A stretch of 64,000 nucleotides of DNA, taken from NCBI GenBank assembly GCA_963668315.1, contig OY764216.1:2560001-2624000 (forward strand), written 5' to 3'. The position numbers were made by a program, and so were the translations under genes. The DNA is from Spirochaetia bacterium. Lineage in GTDB: Bacteria; Spirochaetota; Spirochaetia; DSM-2461. Under the pieces are notes generated by a model, which worked only from the letters and a program-made list of their open reading frames with translations, was not told where the DNA came from and did no database searches. Below are positions 47,364 through 57,206 of the stretch, one piece after another. The stretch's first letter is position 1, and the number at the start of each line of letters is the position of its first letter.

Positions 47364-48584
47364 ATGGAAGAGATCCCCTCGTTTATCTATCTGGCGGTTA
47401 TTTTTCTGGCCGCCTTCTTGACCAAGAAAGTTACGGAAAAAATAAAGATCCCCGAAGTAACCGGATTTGTGCTGGTCGGCGTGATGCTGGGAGTTTCCCT
47501 CCTGCACGTACTCAGCCCCGAGACGGTGGAACGCTTATCGGGCATCAGTACTGTCGCTCTGGGCATCATCGCTTTTATCATCGGTGTCGAACTGAGGCTG
47601 GATGTCATCAAGAAACTGGGACGATCGGTTTTAATGATCGTGCTTTTCGAATGTCTGGGAGCCTTTGCCATCGTCTATTTTGTTCTGATGCTGCTCTATC
47701 CGGACAACCCCTATCTGGCGCTGCTGCTGGGATCGGTCGCCTCTGCCACCGCTCCGGCTGCCACGATAGCCGTCATCAAGCAGTACAAAGCCAAGGGGTC
47801 CCTTACGTCTACGGTTATTGCCGTGGTGGGTATTGATGACGCCATGGCGCTCATTATATATGTTTTTGCCTCCAGTATCGTGAAGGCAGGCCTGACCGGG
47901 GGACACGCCCAGATGATTATGATCGTGGGAAGCACCCTTCTGTCCATCGGGGAGTCAATCGTCTGCGGTACCATCTGCGCCTTTCTTCTGAAGCTCCTTC
48001 TGAACAAGGTGAGGGAGACGGAGCTGATCCTCTTTCTTCTGGCCGCCGTCATAATGGGACTTCTCGGGGTCAGCGAAATCCTGGGGATCAGCGAGCTGCT
48101 CTCTATCATGTCCTTCGGATGTGTTCTGGTGAATATCGCACCCCAGCTGGCGAAAAGGAGCGGCGGTCTCATTGAGAATTTCTCCCCCATCTTTCTTGCG
48201 GCGTTTTTCCTCCTGGGTGGAGCCCACCTGGACCTGCGTCTTCTGAAGCAGATCGGGGTCATGGGGCTCATCTATTTCGCTTCCCGGAGTGTCGGAAAAA
48301 TGGGCGGGGCCTCCATAGGCGCCGTACTGGGGAAAGCTCCCAGAACAGTTAAGAAATACATCGGATTCACCCTGCTGCCCCAGGTCGGAGTCGCCCTGGC
48401 TCTGGCCCTGTCCATCAGCAAGGAGTTCACAAAACCCGTATATGGTGATATGGGGAATCAGATGGCGACCATTATCATCAACATTTTATTATTCACAACC
48501 ATTATAACAGAGATCGTCGGACCGATGCTCACCCGTTTTGCCTTGAAGAAGGCCGGAGAGATAACCGTCGGAGCTCAGGAATGA
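47364..48584 (+). CDS. Cation:proton antiporter
   Basis: Multi-TM protein with SATAPAAT, VVGIDDA and LLPQVGVALAL. Confidence 0.92.
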   Translation: MEEIPSFIYLAVIFLAAFLTKKVTEKIKIPEVTGFVLVGVMLGVSLLHVLSPETVERLSGISTVALGIIAFIIGVELRLDVIKKLGRSVLMIVLFECLGAFAIVYFVLMLLYPDNPYLALLLGSVASATAPAATIAVIKQYKAKGSLTSTVIAVVGIDDAMALIIYVFASSIVKAGLTGGHAQMIMIVGSTLLSIGESIVCGTICAFLLKLLLNKVRETELILFLLAAVIMGLLGVSEILGISELLSIMSFGCVLVNIAPQLAKRSGGLIENFSPIFLAAFFLLGGAHLDLRLLKQIGVMGLIYFASRSVGKMGGASIGAVLGKAPRTVKKYIGFTLLPQVGVALALALSISKEFTKPVYGDMGNQMATIIINILLFTTIITEIVGPMLTRFALKKAGEITVGAQE

Positions 48585-48946
48585 CAAGGGAGGAAAGCAT
48601 GTTTTATCTATTAGTTGAAGTATACGATTCATCATACCGTGAGGATATCTATCTGGCTTTGCAGAGTATCGGCGTGCAGCGTGCCATTACTCTGGATGCC
48701 CAGAATATAGCCGGCGCCCTATCCGATGAGCAGACCTTTTTCACCGGCTTCTTCCGTTCCGATAAGTTTGATTCGGGAAGCATTCTGCTGATTCAGGCCC
48801 AGATCGGAAGCAAGGAACAGGCCCGGGAATTTCTCTCCAACCTCAGGGAGGCGGGTGTCGCCATCGACGATGAGGATATTCTCAGTCTGACCCTTGTCCC
48901 CGTGGCGGCCGGTTTTTCCCGGCAGAACGGATTCAGGGAGAATTAA
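48581..48946 (+). CDS. Hypothetical protein, possibly PII-like fold
   Basis: 121 aa. LLVEV...DIYLALQSIGVQRAITLD, a loop, and a terminal LTLVPV strand resemble PII-like topology. ATGA overlap with the antiporter. Confidence 0.6.
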   Translation: MTREESMFYLLVEVYDSSYREDIYLALQSIGVQRAITLDAQNIAGALSDEQTFFTGFFRSDKFDSGSILLIQAQIGSKEQAREFLSNLREAGVAIDDEDILSLTLVPVAAGFSRQNGFREN

Positions 48947-49008
48947 ACCGTACCAGGGCCGGAGCGAATGTACTTGCCCCGGCCTGAAGTTTTTCTTATA
49001 CTTGTGCC

Positions 49009-49932
49009 ATGATAAAGAAATTCAAGCTTGACGAGACGGTCAAGGAGCAATATAAGGAACGTCACCGGAACAGAATCTACTCTTTTCTCCTCTCCGGAGG
49101 GGAGTTCCGGGGAAAAATCGTTCATGCCACGCGGGTCATTCAGGAGATGAAAGCCAACCACGAACTGGGACAGCTGGAAACTCTTGTCCTGGGACGGGCC
49201 TATCTAGGGGCCCTCATCATGGCTTCCAATCTGAAACAGGAAGGGCGCATTCAGCTCAGTATCGAGTGCGGCGGCCCGATAGGCGGTTTATCGGTGGAAG
49301 CCGATTCACACGGAACGGTGAGGGGCTATCTCAAGGAGAACCCCATCCCCCTGGAAAAGCCTCTCGAGAGCCTGGATCTCTCATCCCTCTACGGCCCGGG
49401 ATTTATGACCGTGAGCCGGCTGGAGGGGAGTATGAAACAGCCCCATATCAGCCAGGTCATGCTTCAACACGGAAGCATGGGAAAGGATCTGGTCGCCTAT
49501 TATCTCGAATCGGAGCAGGTTCCCTCTTTTTTCGATCTGAGCATCCAGTTCGACGGGAAAGGCGAAGTGTCTTCGGCGGGAGCCCTGTTCATACAGGTCA
49601 TGCCCGGCACGGAGGAGGAGAGGATTGAGGCCCTGGAGGAGAAAGCCCTTTCACTGCCTTCTCCGGGAGTGCGTTTTCTCGAAGGAGTGACTCCCGGTCA
49701 GTATCTGCAGAATAATCTGAAAGAGTTTGAACCGGATATACTCGATTCCAAAACGGTGGAGTTTTTCTGTCCCTGCAGCCGGGACTATTATGTTCCCTAT
49801 CTCAAGGGGCTGAAGAAATCCGACAGGGAGGATATCCGGGAGAAGGGACCTTTCCCTCTGGAAATCCGCTGTCATAACTGCAGCAGTTCCTATGAATTTT
49901 CCCGGGAGGAACTCCAGGATATTCTGGGGTAA
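49009..49932 (+). CDS. hslO: Hsp33 redox-regulated chaperone
   Basis: GGPIGGL, YYLESEQVPS and zinc motif CPC...CHNC. Promoter TTGCCC-N17-TATACT-N6-ATG. Confidence 0.93.
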   Translation: MIKKFKLDETVKEQYKERHRNRIYSFLLSGGEFRGKIVHATRVIQEMKANHELGQLETLVLGRAYLGALIMASNLKQEGRIQLSIECGGPIGGLSVEADSHGTVRGYLKENPIPLEKPLESLDLSSLYGPGFMTVSRLEGSMKQPHISQVMLQHGSMGKDLVAYYLESEQVPSFFDLSIQFDGKGEVSSAGALFIQVMPGTEEERIEALEEKALSLPSPGVRFLEGVTPGQYLQNNLKEFEPDILDSKTVEFFCPCSRDYYVPYLKGLKKSDREDIREKGPFPLEIRCHNCSSSYEFSREELQDILG

Positions 49933-49968
49933 CCGGCGTATCCGTCCCGCCGAATTGTTCGGGGCGGA

Positions 49969-52419
49969 TCAGGCCTCGCCTTTTTTATGGTTTCTTATCT
50001 TCTCAAGGATCTTTCCCAGTTTGGAATCAAAACTTTCCGAGACTTTCAGATCGGGATAGTTGTGGCTCATAGATTTGAGGAAGCCCAGGGAATTTTCCAG
50101 TTTTTCATCGTTTATTACCAGGTTTGAGCGGGTTCTCTGGCGCCTGTCGTACTGCTGGGCCACCTCCATGAGGCTTCTGTCGCCCTCCAGCTTCGACCGG
50201 ACGCATTCCAGTTTGAGGGGAACCTCATCCTGGATCATTTTCGCTTTTTTCTCTTCCGGCAGGTCATCGGTCAGGCTGTAGATGTAATCGAGCATACCGA
50301 TGACAGACTTCTTATCCAGCTTATCCGATTCCTTTTTCTCTTCGGGGAAAGCCTCTTCCCCATGCTCCTCTGGCAGAGCAGGCTCTTCCGGCACGGGAAG
50401 GGGAGGCGTCTCCTCTTCGGCCCCATTCTCTTCGGGGAGGACCTCAGGCTCTTCCTCCAGGGTATACTCCTGGAACTCCTCCTCTTCCTCCACGGCGGAA
50501 GGCTCTTCCGGGGCAGGCGGCAGATTCTGTACCGTAATATTCTGGGGAACGGGGATGATAATGGGCTGCTGACCGGCACCTCCCGGCTGGCTGGAAGCCC
50601 GGGATGCCTCTTCCTGGCGCCGGCGCTCCTCTTCCTGCATGACTTCCGTATAGATCTCGGAGAAATCTTCCGGGGAGTCCTCCAGATAGAGCACTTCCTC
50701 CTGTTCGTTTATGGTGATGACCGGGTCTATGGTCGTCATGTCCAGAAGGGACAGGGAGTCCTGCTCCACCAGGGAGCGGGAAGCAAAGGAGTCGGCCGTA
50801 ACAAGCTCGTCTCTGACGCCCTTGCGGGGAACGACGGGCATATTGTTCCTGACCCGCCTGACCAGCCTGTCCACCCGTTCTTCCCAGTTCTTTCTGTTCT
50901 CCCGGTACAGGTCCTCGGCGGTACTCTCGTAGATCTCCAGAACCTCTTTCATCCTGTCCAGATCATCGGAAGTACCCCGTTCCCCGTGAATATTCATCAG
51001 CTGGTCGAGGCGGGCCATGGCCTCCATCTTTCTGTCCGTCTCCCGGTAGAGCTTGACCATCTCACCGAGACGTTCAGGATTATCCGGTTCCTCGCCGTCC
51101 AGCTGCTCCATCAGTTCCAGGGCTTCCTCCGGCTTCCCCCGGCTGTCCAGTACCCGGGAAAGGGATTCTCTTGCCCTGAGACTGTCGGGATGAAAGCTGT
51201 GGAGGTCCCTCAGGAGTTTTTCCGCCTCTTCGTCGTTATTGTTCTTCCGGTAGGCATCGGTGATGCGGAGGACCGCGTCTTCGTCTTCAAAAAGCTCCGT
51301 ACCGACCCGCTTGAGCTGATTGGCAGCCTTGGTTTCATCCCCCTGTCTCAGATAGAGTTCCGCCAGGTTTTTCCGGGCCTGTCTGTTCTCCGGATCCCGC
51401 TGAATGATATGCTTGAAGGTCTGTTCCCCTTCGTTAAGCTGATTGAGTCGGATCAAGGTCTCGCCCAGTTCGTTTCTGATCTCCATATCAAAGGGGTAGA
51501 CGGTGACCATCCGGTTCAGCTCTTTCAGGGATTCGGTGAAATTCTTCTGCGATTTGTAAACCCGGTTCAGGTTAAGGGATGCTTTCTTGTAATCCCTGTC
51601 CAGCTTCAGGGCCGAATCGTATGCCCTCTCCGCCTCTTCAAGCTGTCCCAGCCGAGACTGGACGACTCCCATGTTGTTGAAGATGGCCGGATTGGTATCA
51701 TCCTTCTCCAGGATGGAGTAGAAGAGGGTTTTGGCTTCTTCCAGACGATTCTGCTCCTGCAGGGTAATGGCCAGGTTGTTCTGGCAGTCCGTCCAGCCGG
51801 GCCGCTTTTTCAGGGCTTCCCTGAAGCAGCGCTCCGCCTCTTCCCATCTCTCCTCCTGCTGGTTGAGCACTCCCAGATTATAGAGCAGTGAGCTGTTAGA
51901 CGGATCGAAGGTCAGCCCTTCCTCATAGGTCTGCCGGGCCAGATCTCTCTCGTCCCGGGCTTCATAAATGGCCCCCAGGTTATTATAGGCCTGCAGGTAG
52001 TCGGGCTTGAGGGATAGGACGGTTTTGTATGCCTCTATGGCCATGACGCCGTTTCCCATGCTCTTATGGAGATTGCCCAGGTTGTAATGGACGTCGGGGC
52101 TGTCCTGGTCAAGGTTCAGGGCTTTTTCCAGTGAAGCCGCCGCCTTCTCGAACCGTCCCAGCTTTCGGTAGATAAGGCCCAGATTGTTATAGGCTTCGGT
52201 GCAGCGGGGATTCAGATTGGTGACAAGACGGAAGGAGGCAATCGCATCACGGTTTTTCCCTTCCATGGTATAGACATTGCCCATGAGCATATGGAAACGG
52301 AAGTCGTCGGAGAAGTCCTCCTTGAGAGAATCGCCCATCTGCTCGGCCTTTTCGTAATCCTTGAGCATGAAGAGTTTGAGAAGTCTCGCATATTTATTCT
52401 GCCGGTCCCTGCTGTTCAT
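49969..52419 (-). CDS. Large TPR-repeat protein with acidic/proline-rich C-terminal linker
   Basis: Many TPRs (EAYNNLGLIY, VHYNLGNLH, AYNNLGAIY, LYNLGVL). Confidence 0.9.
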   Translation of the reverse strand: MNSRDRQNKYARLLKLFMLKDYEKAEQMGDSLKEDFSDDFRFHMLMGNVYTMEGKNRDAIASFRLVTNLNPRCTEAYNNLGLIYRKLGRFEKAAASLEKALNLDQDSPDVHYNLGNLHKSMGNGVMAIEAYKTVLSLKPDYLQAYNNLGAIYEARDERDLARQTYEEGLTFDPSNSSLLYNLGVLNQQEERWEEAERCFREALKKRPGWTDCQNNLAITLQEQNRLEEAKTLFYSILEKDDTNPAIFNNMGVVQSRLGQLEEAERAYDSALKLDRDYKKASLNLNRVYKSQKNFTESLKELNRMVTVYPFDMEIRNELGETLIRLNQLNEGEQTFKHIIQRDPENRQARKNLAELYLRQGDETKAANQLKRVGTELFEDEDAVLRITDAYRKNNNDEEAEKLLRDLHSFHPDSLRARESLSRVLDSRGKPEEALELMEQLDGEEPDNPERLGEMVKLYRETDRKMEAMARLDQLMNIHGERGTSDDLDRMKEVLEIYESTAEDLYRENRKNWEERVDRLVRRVRNNMPVVPRKGVRDELVTADSFASRSLVEQDSLSLLDMTTIDPVITINEQEEVLYLEDSPEDFSEIYTEVMQEEERRRQEEASRASSQPGGAGQQPIIIPVPQNITVQNLPPAPEEPSAVEEEEEFQEYTLEEEPEVLPEENGAEEETPPLPVPEEPALPEEHGEEAFPEEKKESDKLDKKSVIGMLDYIYSLTDDLPEEKKAKMIQDEVPLKLECVRSKLEGDRSLMEVAQQYDRRQRTRSNLVINDEKLENSLGFLKSMSHNYPDLKVSESFDSKLGKILEKIRNHKKGEA

Positions 52420-52431
52420 AACGTCCAGACC

Positions 52432-53913
52432 TTAAGGCCTTACGGATACCTCCTGGGAGAAGGAACTGTACTGGGCCGGGTCGGAATCGCTGTAGGCTAC
52501 CAGGGAAAAATACCAGCGTTTTTTCGGTTCCAGTCCGGTCATAGTATAGTGCCTTTCCCCGGGGCCGACAAGAATGGGGCTTCCCGGTCCGAAGTAGTGG
52601 CCCGGTCTGTCTCCGTAGTAGATCTGGAATCCTCCCATCCCCTCGGTTTTCCAGTAATCCCAGCTCAGGGTGACTTCTCCGTTTTCCGCGGACACGGCGA
52701 TGTTCAGAGGGGGGACGGGGGGAAGCTCCGGCTGATAGCTGATGCGGAATTCCGATACGGACGGTGTCTGGGAGGCGCCGAGATCCGGGTAGAGCAGGGC
52801 GCCGATAAGGAGATAGCGTCCCCGGGACTCCTCCATTTCTCTGCCCGAATCAAAGGGCTGCCATCCCTCCTTTTCAAAGGAAAAATCGGAGCGGGAGAAT
52901 TCGCGGCGGAGTTTCTCCAGTTCCTCCTTTCTGTCGGAAAAGGCGTAGTAGTAGTAAAGGGAACTGTTGCCGGGTATCCGGTCGACCGCTTCAATCGATT
53001 CGAGCCGGGAATCCTGGTAGGACAGGTCGATTATGGGGGAGAGAAATTCCCCCCGGTCTTCGTAGTCGTCCAGAAGGGGATTCTCCACGTAGGAACTGCT
53101 CAGACGGACTTCATCTATGAAGCCGGTGAATTCCGGGCCCAGGGTGAGGGGGGTCGGTTCGGCCTGGTTCATCAGAGGCTGGAAAATCCGGTTATCCTCA
53201 CGTTCGGAAGGTGTCGTGTAGGTCATGGCCGAGGGAATTCCGTCGATCAGGTACTCCAGCAGGCCCGTATTGCTGTCAAAGCGAACCAGGTGATGATTCC
53301 AGCGCCGGGGAACAAGGGCGTCGCCCGTCAGGGTGAACGTGGTGAGGCGCGTATCATGGCCGGCGAAAATATTGCGGAATGTCCAGACGAGTCTTCTGCG
53401 GGAGACCTGGCAGGTTATCTCCTGGGGAATCAGTTCTTTTTCCAGCCTGTAGAGCCCCTTCCAGTGGAAGACCACTTCCCCCTCTCTGAGGAGGGCAGGA
53501 TAGAGCTGGAACTCCAGACTGAAGTCGATCCACTCCGCATGCCCCGAAAAGAGGGAATTCTCGCCGGGGAGAATGACAAGGGGGGAGCCCTCTTTGAGAA
53601 CGGCGGCGCTTTTGCCGCGGCGGTACTCGTATTCGGTAAGGACGGGAGGAGACTGGAGGGTGTAGTTCCCCGTTTCGTCGAAGAGGCCGTTCTCATCGAA
53701 GGGAAGAAGCAGGTCGGTACCGGCATCGGGGCGGTAGACCGAACCCATGACGTTCAGGTCCATATGGCCTTCCCAGCCCTTTTTCAGAAGAATATTCTTC
53801 ATGGACGATTCGGCCCAGTTGTCCTCTCTTCCCAGGATAATTGTATCCTGAGCCGCCAGGAGGGGAGGGAGAAGAGCGAAAAGTATAAGGAAAAGGCTTG
53901 GTTTTTTTCTCAT
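52432..53913 (-). CDS. Exported protein with LamG/concanavalin-like domain and C-terminal FN3 domain
   Basis: Signal peptide, WNHHLVRFD...YLIDG, FTGFIDEVRL and FN3 VTLSW...YTMTGLEP...YFSLVAY. Start is 53913 or 53925. Confidence 0.8.
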   Translation of the reverse strand: MRKKPSLFLILFALLPPLLAAQDTIILGREDNWAESSMKNILLKKGWEGHMDLNVMGSVYRPDAGTDLLLPFDENGLFDETGNYTLQSPPVLTEYEYRRGKSAAVLKEGSPLVILPGENSLFSGHAEWIDFSLEFQLYPALLREGEVVFHWKGLYRLEKELIPQEITCQVSRRRLVWTFRNIFAGHDTRLTTFTLTGDALVPRRWNHHLVRFDSNTGLLEYLIDGIPSAMTYTTPSEREDNRIFQPLMNQAEPTPLTLGPEFTGFIDEVRLSSSYVENPLLDDYEDRGEFLSPIIDLSYQDSRLESIEAVDRIPGNSSLYYYYAFSDRKEELEKLRREFSRSDFSFEKEGWQPFDSGREMEESRGRYLLIGALLYPDLGASQTPSVSEFRISYQPELPPVPPLNIAVSAENGEVTLSWDYWKTEGMGGFQIYYGDRPGHYFGPGSPILVGPGERHYTMTGLEPKKRWYFSLVAYSDSDPAQYSSFSQEVSVRP

Positions 53914-53938
53914 GGTTCTGTACATTGAGTATCGGTAT

Positions 53939-55750
53939 ATGTCAGGACAAAATAAAGATGAACTGAAAGAAAAGGTAAGAAACTTCCCTCTGACTCCCGG
54001 TGTTTACATTATGAAAAACAGCCGGAAGGAGGTCATATATGTGGGAAAGGCCAAGAAACTGAGGAACCGGGTTTCCTCCTATTTCAACGGTAAGAAAGAG
54101 GGGAAGACCGCCCTCCTTGTCTCCCGAATCGCCACAATTGAGTACGTGGAGACGGATAACGAGTTCGAAGCTCTCCTTCTGGAGAACAATTTTATCAAGA
54201 AGTGGACCCCCCGGTACAACATTCTGCTCAAGGACGGCAAAAGCTATCCGGCCATCCGCATCACCAATGAGGATTTTCCCCGGGTTTTCCGGACCCGTCA
54301 TATTATCAACGACGGCTCCCGCTATTTCGGCCCCTTTCCCGACGGCATGGGCGCCGTGAAGTATATGGATCTCATCAACAGCCTCTTTCCCATCCGCCGC
54401 TGCCAGAAACTCAAGCCCCGGGAGAATCCCTGTCTCTACTACCATATAGGCAAGTGTTCCGGTCCCTGCTGCGGCAAGATCAGCAAGGAGGACTACGGGA
54501 AACATATCCGCAAGATCGCCAGCTTGCTGTCGGGCAAGACGGTGATGCTCGTCCAGGAGCTGGAGAAGGAGATGAGAACGGCCAGCGAGAGTCTCCAGTT
54601 CGAGGAGGCCGCCCGGCTGCGTGATCTCATCCGGTCGGTGGAGCTCCTGCAGTACGACCAGTCGGTGGTGGATTTCGACAGGAAGGTCAGGGACTACCTT
54701 GTCACCCTTTCATCGGGTAATACCCAGGTGTTCGTGGTCTACCAGCTCCGGGACGGCAAAGCCACGGGACGGGATGTTTACACCACCTCCTTTCTGGGTG
54801 ATGACGACGAGGCCCTGCTGGATTTTATCGTGCAGTACTACTCCGTGGAGAACAGGGAGCTGCCCGAGACCCTCTTTACCGAAGGGGGAGACCGGGAGAT
54901 GGCGGAAAACTTCTTCAGCCAGCGGCTGAACAAGCAGGTGCGCGTCAGGGAAGCCCGTTCCAAAAGAGATATTTCCATCATGAATATGGCCCGGGAGAAC
55001 GGTCTCAGCGAGCTGGATAAGAAATTACGCAAGGAAGGAGACCTTTCGGCTTTGAAGGAACTCAAAACGGCCCTGTCCCTCAAAAAAATACCCCGTCGCA
55101 TCGAGGGTTTCGATATCGCCCAGCTCCACGGCAAATATACGGTGGCCTCCCTTATCTCCTTCAAGGACGGGAATCCGGATCGGAAAAACTACCGCCATTT
55201 TACCATGGAGAGCCTGGCCCCCGGGGAGATAGACGATTTCAAGTCGATCTCCGAAGCGGTGGCCCGCCGTTACAGCCGCCTTCTAAACGAGGACGGGGAG
55301 ATGCCCGACCTGGTCATGATCGACGGCGGAAAAGGGCAGGTGAGCGCCGCCTGGTCGGTCCTTACCGCCCTGGGCCTTGATAAGCGCATCGCCCTGTGCG
55401 GCCTGGCCAAGAGGGAAGAGCTGATCTACCTGCCCGGGGAGAGCGAACCGGTGGATCTTCCCGAAGGGGATCCGGCCCTCCGCGTCCTGCAGCAGGTGAG
55501 GGACGAGACCCACCGCTTCGCCACCTCCCATAACCAGAAGCTCCGCCAGAAGGAACTGCGCCTCTCCTCTCTGGAGAAGGTGCCCGGCATAGGGGAGAAG
55601 CGGAGCCGTAAGCTGATGCAGACCTTCGGCTCCCTGGATCTGATGGCGGCGGCGACGGCGGAAGAACTGGCGGCGGCCGCCGGGGTCAGCCTGGAAACGG
55701 CCCAGACGCTTAAGGCCTATCTGGTTTCCCGGACGTCTGTCATCAACTAA
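53939..55750 (+). CDS. uvrC: Excinuclease ABC subunit C
   Basis: GIY-YIG PGVYIMK...IYVGKAKKLRNRV, RIEGFDIA, IDGGKGQ, VRDETHRFA and HhH VPGIGEKR. Confidence 0.98.
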   Translation: MSGQNKDELKEKVRNFPLTPGVYIMKNSRKEVIYVGKAKKLRNRVSSYFNGKKEGKTALLVSRIATIEYVETDNEFEALLLENNFIKKWTPRYNILLKDGKSYPAIRITNEDFPRVFRTRHIINDGSRYFGPFPDGMGAVKYMDLINSLFPIRRCQKLKPRENPCLYYHIGKCSGPCCGKISKEDYGKHIRKIASLLSGKTVMLVQELEKEMRTASESLQFEEAARLRDLIRSVELLQYDQSVVDFDRKVRDYLVTLSSGNTQVFVVYQLRDGKATGRDVYTTSFLGDDDEALLDFIVQYYSVENRELPETLFTEGGDREMAENFFSQRLNKQVRVREARSKRDISIMNMARENGLSELDKKLRKEGDLSALKELKTALSLKKIPRRIEGFDIAQLHGKYTVASLISFKDGNPDRKNYRHFTMESLAPGEIDDFKSISEAVARRYSRLLNEDGEMPDLVMIDGGKGQVSAAWSVLTALGLDKRIALCGLAKREELIYLPGESEPVDLPEGDPALRVLQQVRDETHRFATSHNQKLRQKELRLSSLEKVPGIGEKRSRKLMQTFGSLDLMAAATAEELAAAAGVSLETAQTLKAYLVSRTSVIN

Positions 55751-56130
55751 TCCATGAAGCGCATGACCGGCCGGACCCGGCAGGCTTTGCTGCGATCTGT
55801 ATAACCGCCGCCATCGGGATAAAATCTAATGACTACCTAAATTACCTCCGGAGCCAATCGGTTCGCTGGAAGTCCAGTAGAAATCACGTGTATCGAAATT
55901 TCCGATATGCCTGTCCTGCAGCCTATCATCCATATTCAGGCTATCTCCGTCCACAGAGCGGTGAGCGTTATCTCCCCATCGGGCAGAGTGAACGAATCCC
56001 GGGCCGATAGACTGAGGAATTATAAGACCGGCCTTCAAAGAGGGAACCCTCCTTTTCGGGAACGGTTGAACTTATCTCATAGTTGTCTCCGGCGAGTAGC
56101 TAAAGGAGTAAAACGGACAGGAATCACTCA
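55747..56130 (-). pseudogene. Decayed DUF1566 (Lcl-type) domain gene remnant
   Basis: Fragments lie in different minus frames: FLSVLLL*LLAGDNYEISSTVP, then IGNFDTRDFYWTSSE, then after a frameshift I*VVIRFYPDGGGYTDRSKACRVRPVMRFMD*. Confidence 0.6.
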
Positions 56131-56199
56131 GTATAAAGTGACGAGATCCTTGCCTGAGTGACGAAATAATGAACTCTATATGACAATCGTAAGGGGGGG

Positions 56200-57195
56200 C
56201 TATTTCTCGAAATAATCGATGAAATCGCCAATCCCGTCGGCCAGGGCATGGGCGTAGGTATCGAGGAACTCCTCGTCCTGAAGGAGGGGAACGTCCTGGT
56301 CATTGGACACGAAGGCCAGCTCGGCCAGGGCGGAAACCATGTTCTTGTTGCGCAGGACGTACCACAGTTCCCTTTTGAGCCCCCGGTTGGGGAAGCTGTC
56401 GGGAAAAGCTCCGTCCACCCGGCTTAAGAGAAAACGGGCGAAGTTGTAGCACTCCCTCGTGAATATCCCTTCCCACAGGGAATTCAGCACCTGCTTGACT
56501 TCTCCCGATTCCCCCTCTTCCACGAGTTCCCGTTCCACATTGTCCGGCAGGTACCAGACCTCAAAGCCCCGGGCCTCCTTATTCATGGAGGCGTTGGAGT
56601 GAAGGGAGAGAAAGATCATCCCCTCCTGGGGGGAAAAATCATAGGATTCGGCTATGGCCACCCGGTCTTTCAGGGTGGGGAAGGTATCGTCCCGGCGGGT
56701 AAGGGCTATGGTTTTGTCAGGATATTTCTCCTTGAGAATGGCTTCCAGGCGCAGGGCCATATCCAGATTGACGTTTTTCTCCTTGAGGTAGGTCTCCTGG
56801 CCGTCCACAATCGTCTGGCGGTAGGCCCCCCAGTCCTTTCCCCCGTGACCGGGATCCAGCAGGATCACGCTGACCTCATAGCTTTTCTCCTGCCTCCGGG
56901 AGGTGAAAAAATCATAGATACGCCGGGCCGTCTCATCGGTGAAGGTCACCACCCCATTTTCATACCGGGCGGGGTCGGCGGGAACGGTCTGATTGTAGTT
57001 CAGTATGAGGGAAGGGGCATCGGTGGAGAAAACCACCCTGTCATCTCCCCGGCGGAGGATCCCCAGGGACAGTTCGCTGTCCCAGACAAGCCGGGTGCCC
57101 GTCTCTTCCATCAGGGCATTAAGGGTGACGTTTCCGAAAAGAGGAGCCGAGAAGGTCAGAATCAGTATTAGTAAGGGGAATACCTTATTGCCCAT
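56200..57195 (-). CDS. N-acetylmuramoyl-L-alanine amidase (Amidase_3)
   Basis: Signal peptide, LDPGHGGKD, EKNVNL, LTRRDD, SLHSNA and AELAFVSN. Confidence 0.94.
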   Translation of the reverse strand: MGNKVFPLLILILTFSAPLFGNVTLNALMEETGTRLVWDSELSLGILRRGDDRVVFSTDAPSLILNYNQTVPADPARYENGVVTFTDETARRIYDFFTSRRQEKSYEVSVILLDPGHGGKDWGAYRQTIVDGQETYLKEKNVNLDMALRLEAILKEKYPDKTIALTRRDDTFPTLKDRVAIAESYDFSPQEGMIFLSLHSNASMNKEARGFEVWYLPDNVERELVEEGESGEVKQVLNSLWEGIFTRECYNFARFLLSRVDGAFPDSFPNRGLKRELWYVLRNKNMVSALAELAFVSNDQDVPLLQDEEFLDTYAHALADGIGDFIDYFEK

Positions 57196-57206
57196 AGGCG
57201 TATATT

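Noticed and set aside
53929..53936. Minus-strand ACCGATAC as a sigma-28 -10 box for the LamG/TPR operon
   Set aside because: There is no TAAA at the 15-nt spacing, so it is too weak to call.
55747..55900. Diversity-generating retroelement template repeat
   Set aside because: There is no reverse transcriptase or matching variable repeat in the window, and the sequence is not rich in AAY codons.
55751..56199. Possible tmRNA, RNase P or 6S RNA in the 450-nt gap after uvrC
   Set aside because: I found no tRNA-like ends, no convincing RNase P core motifs and no long 6S-type rod. Protein-like fragments explain the region better.
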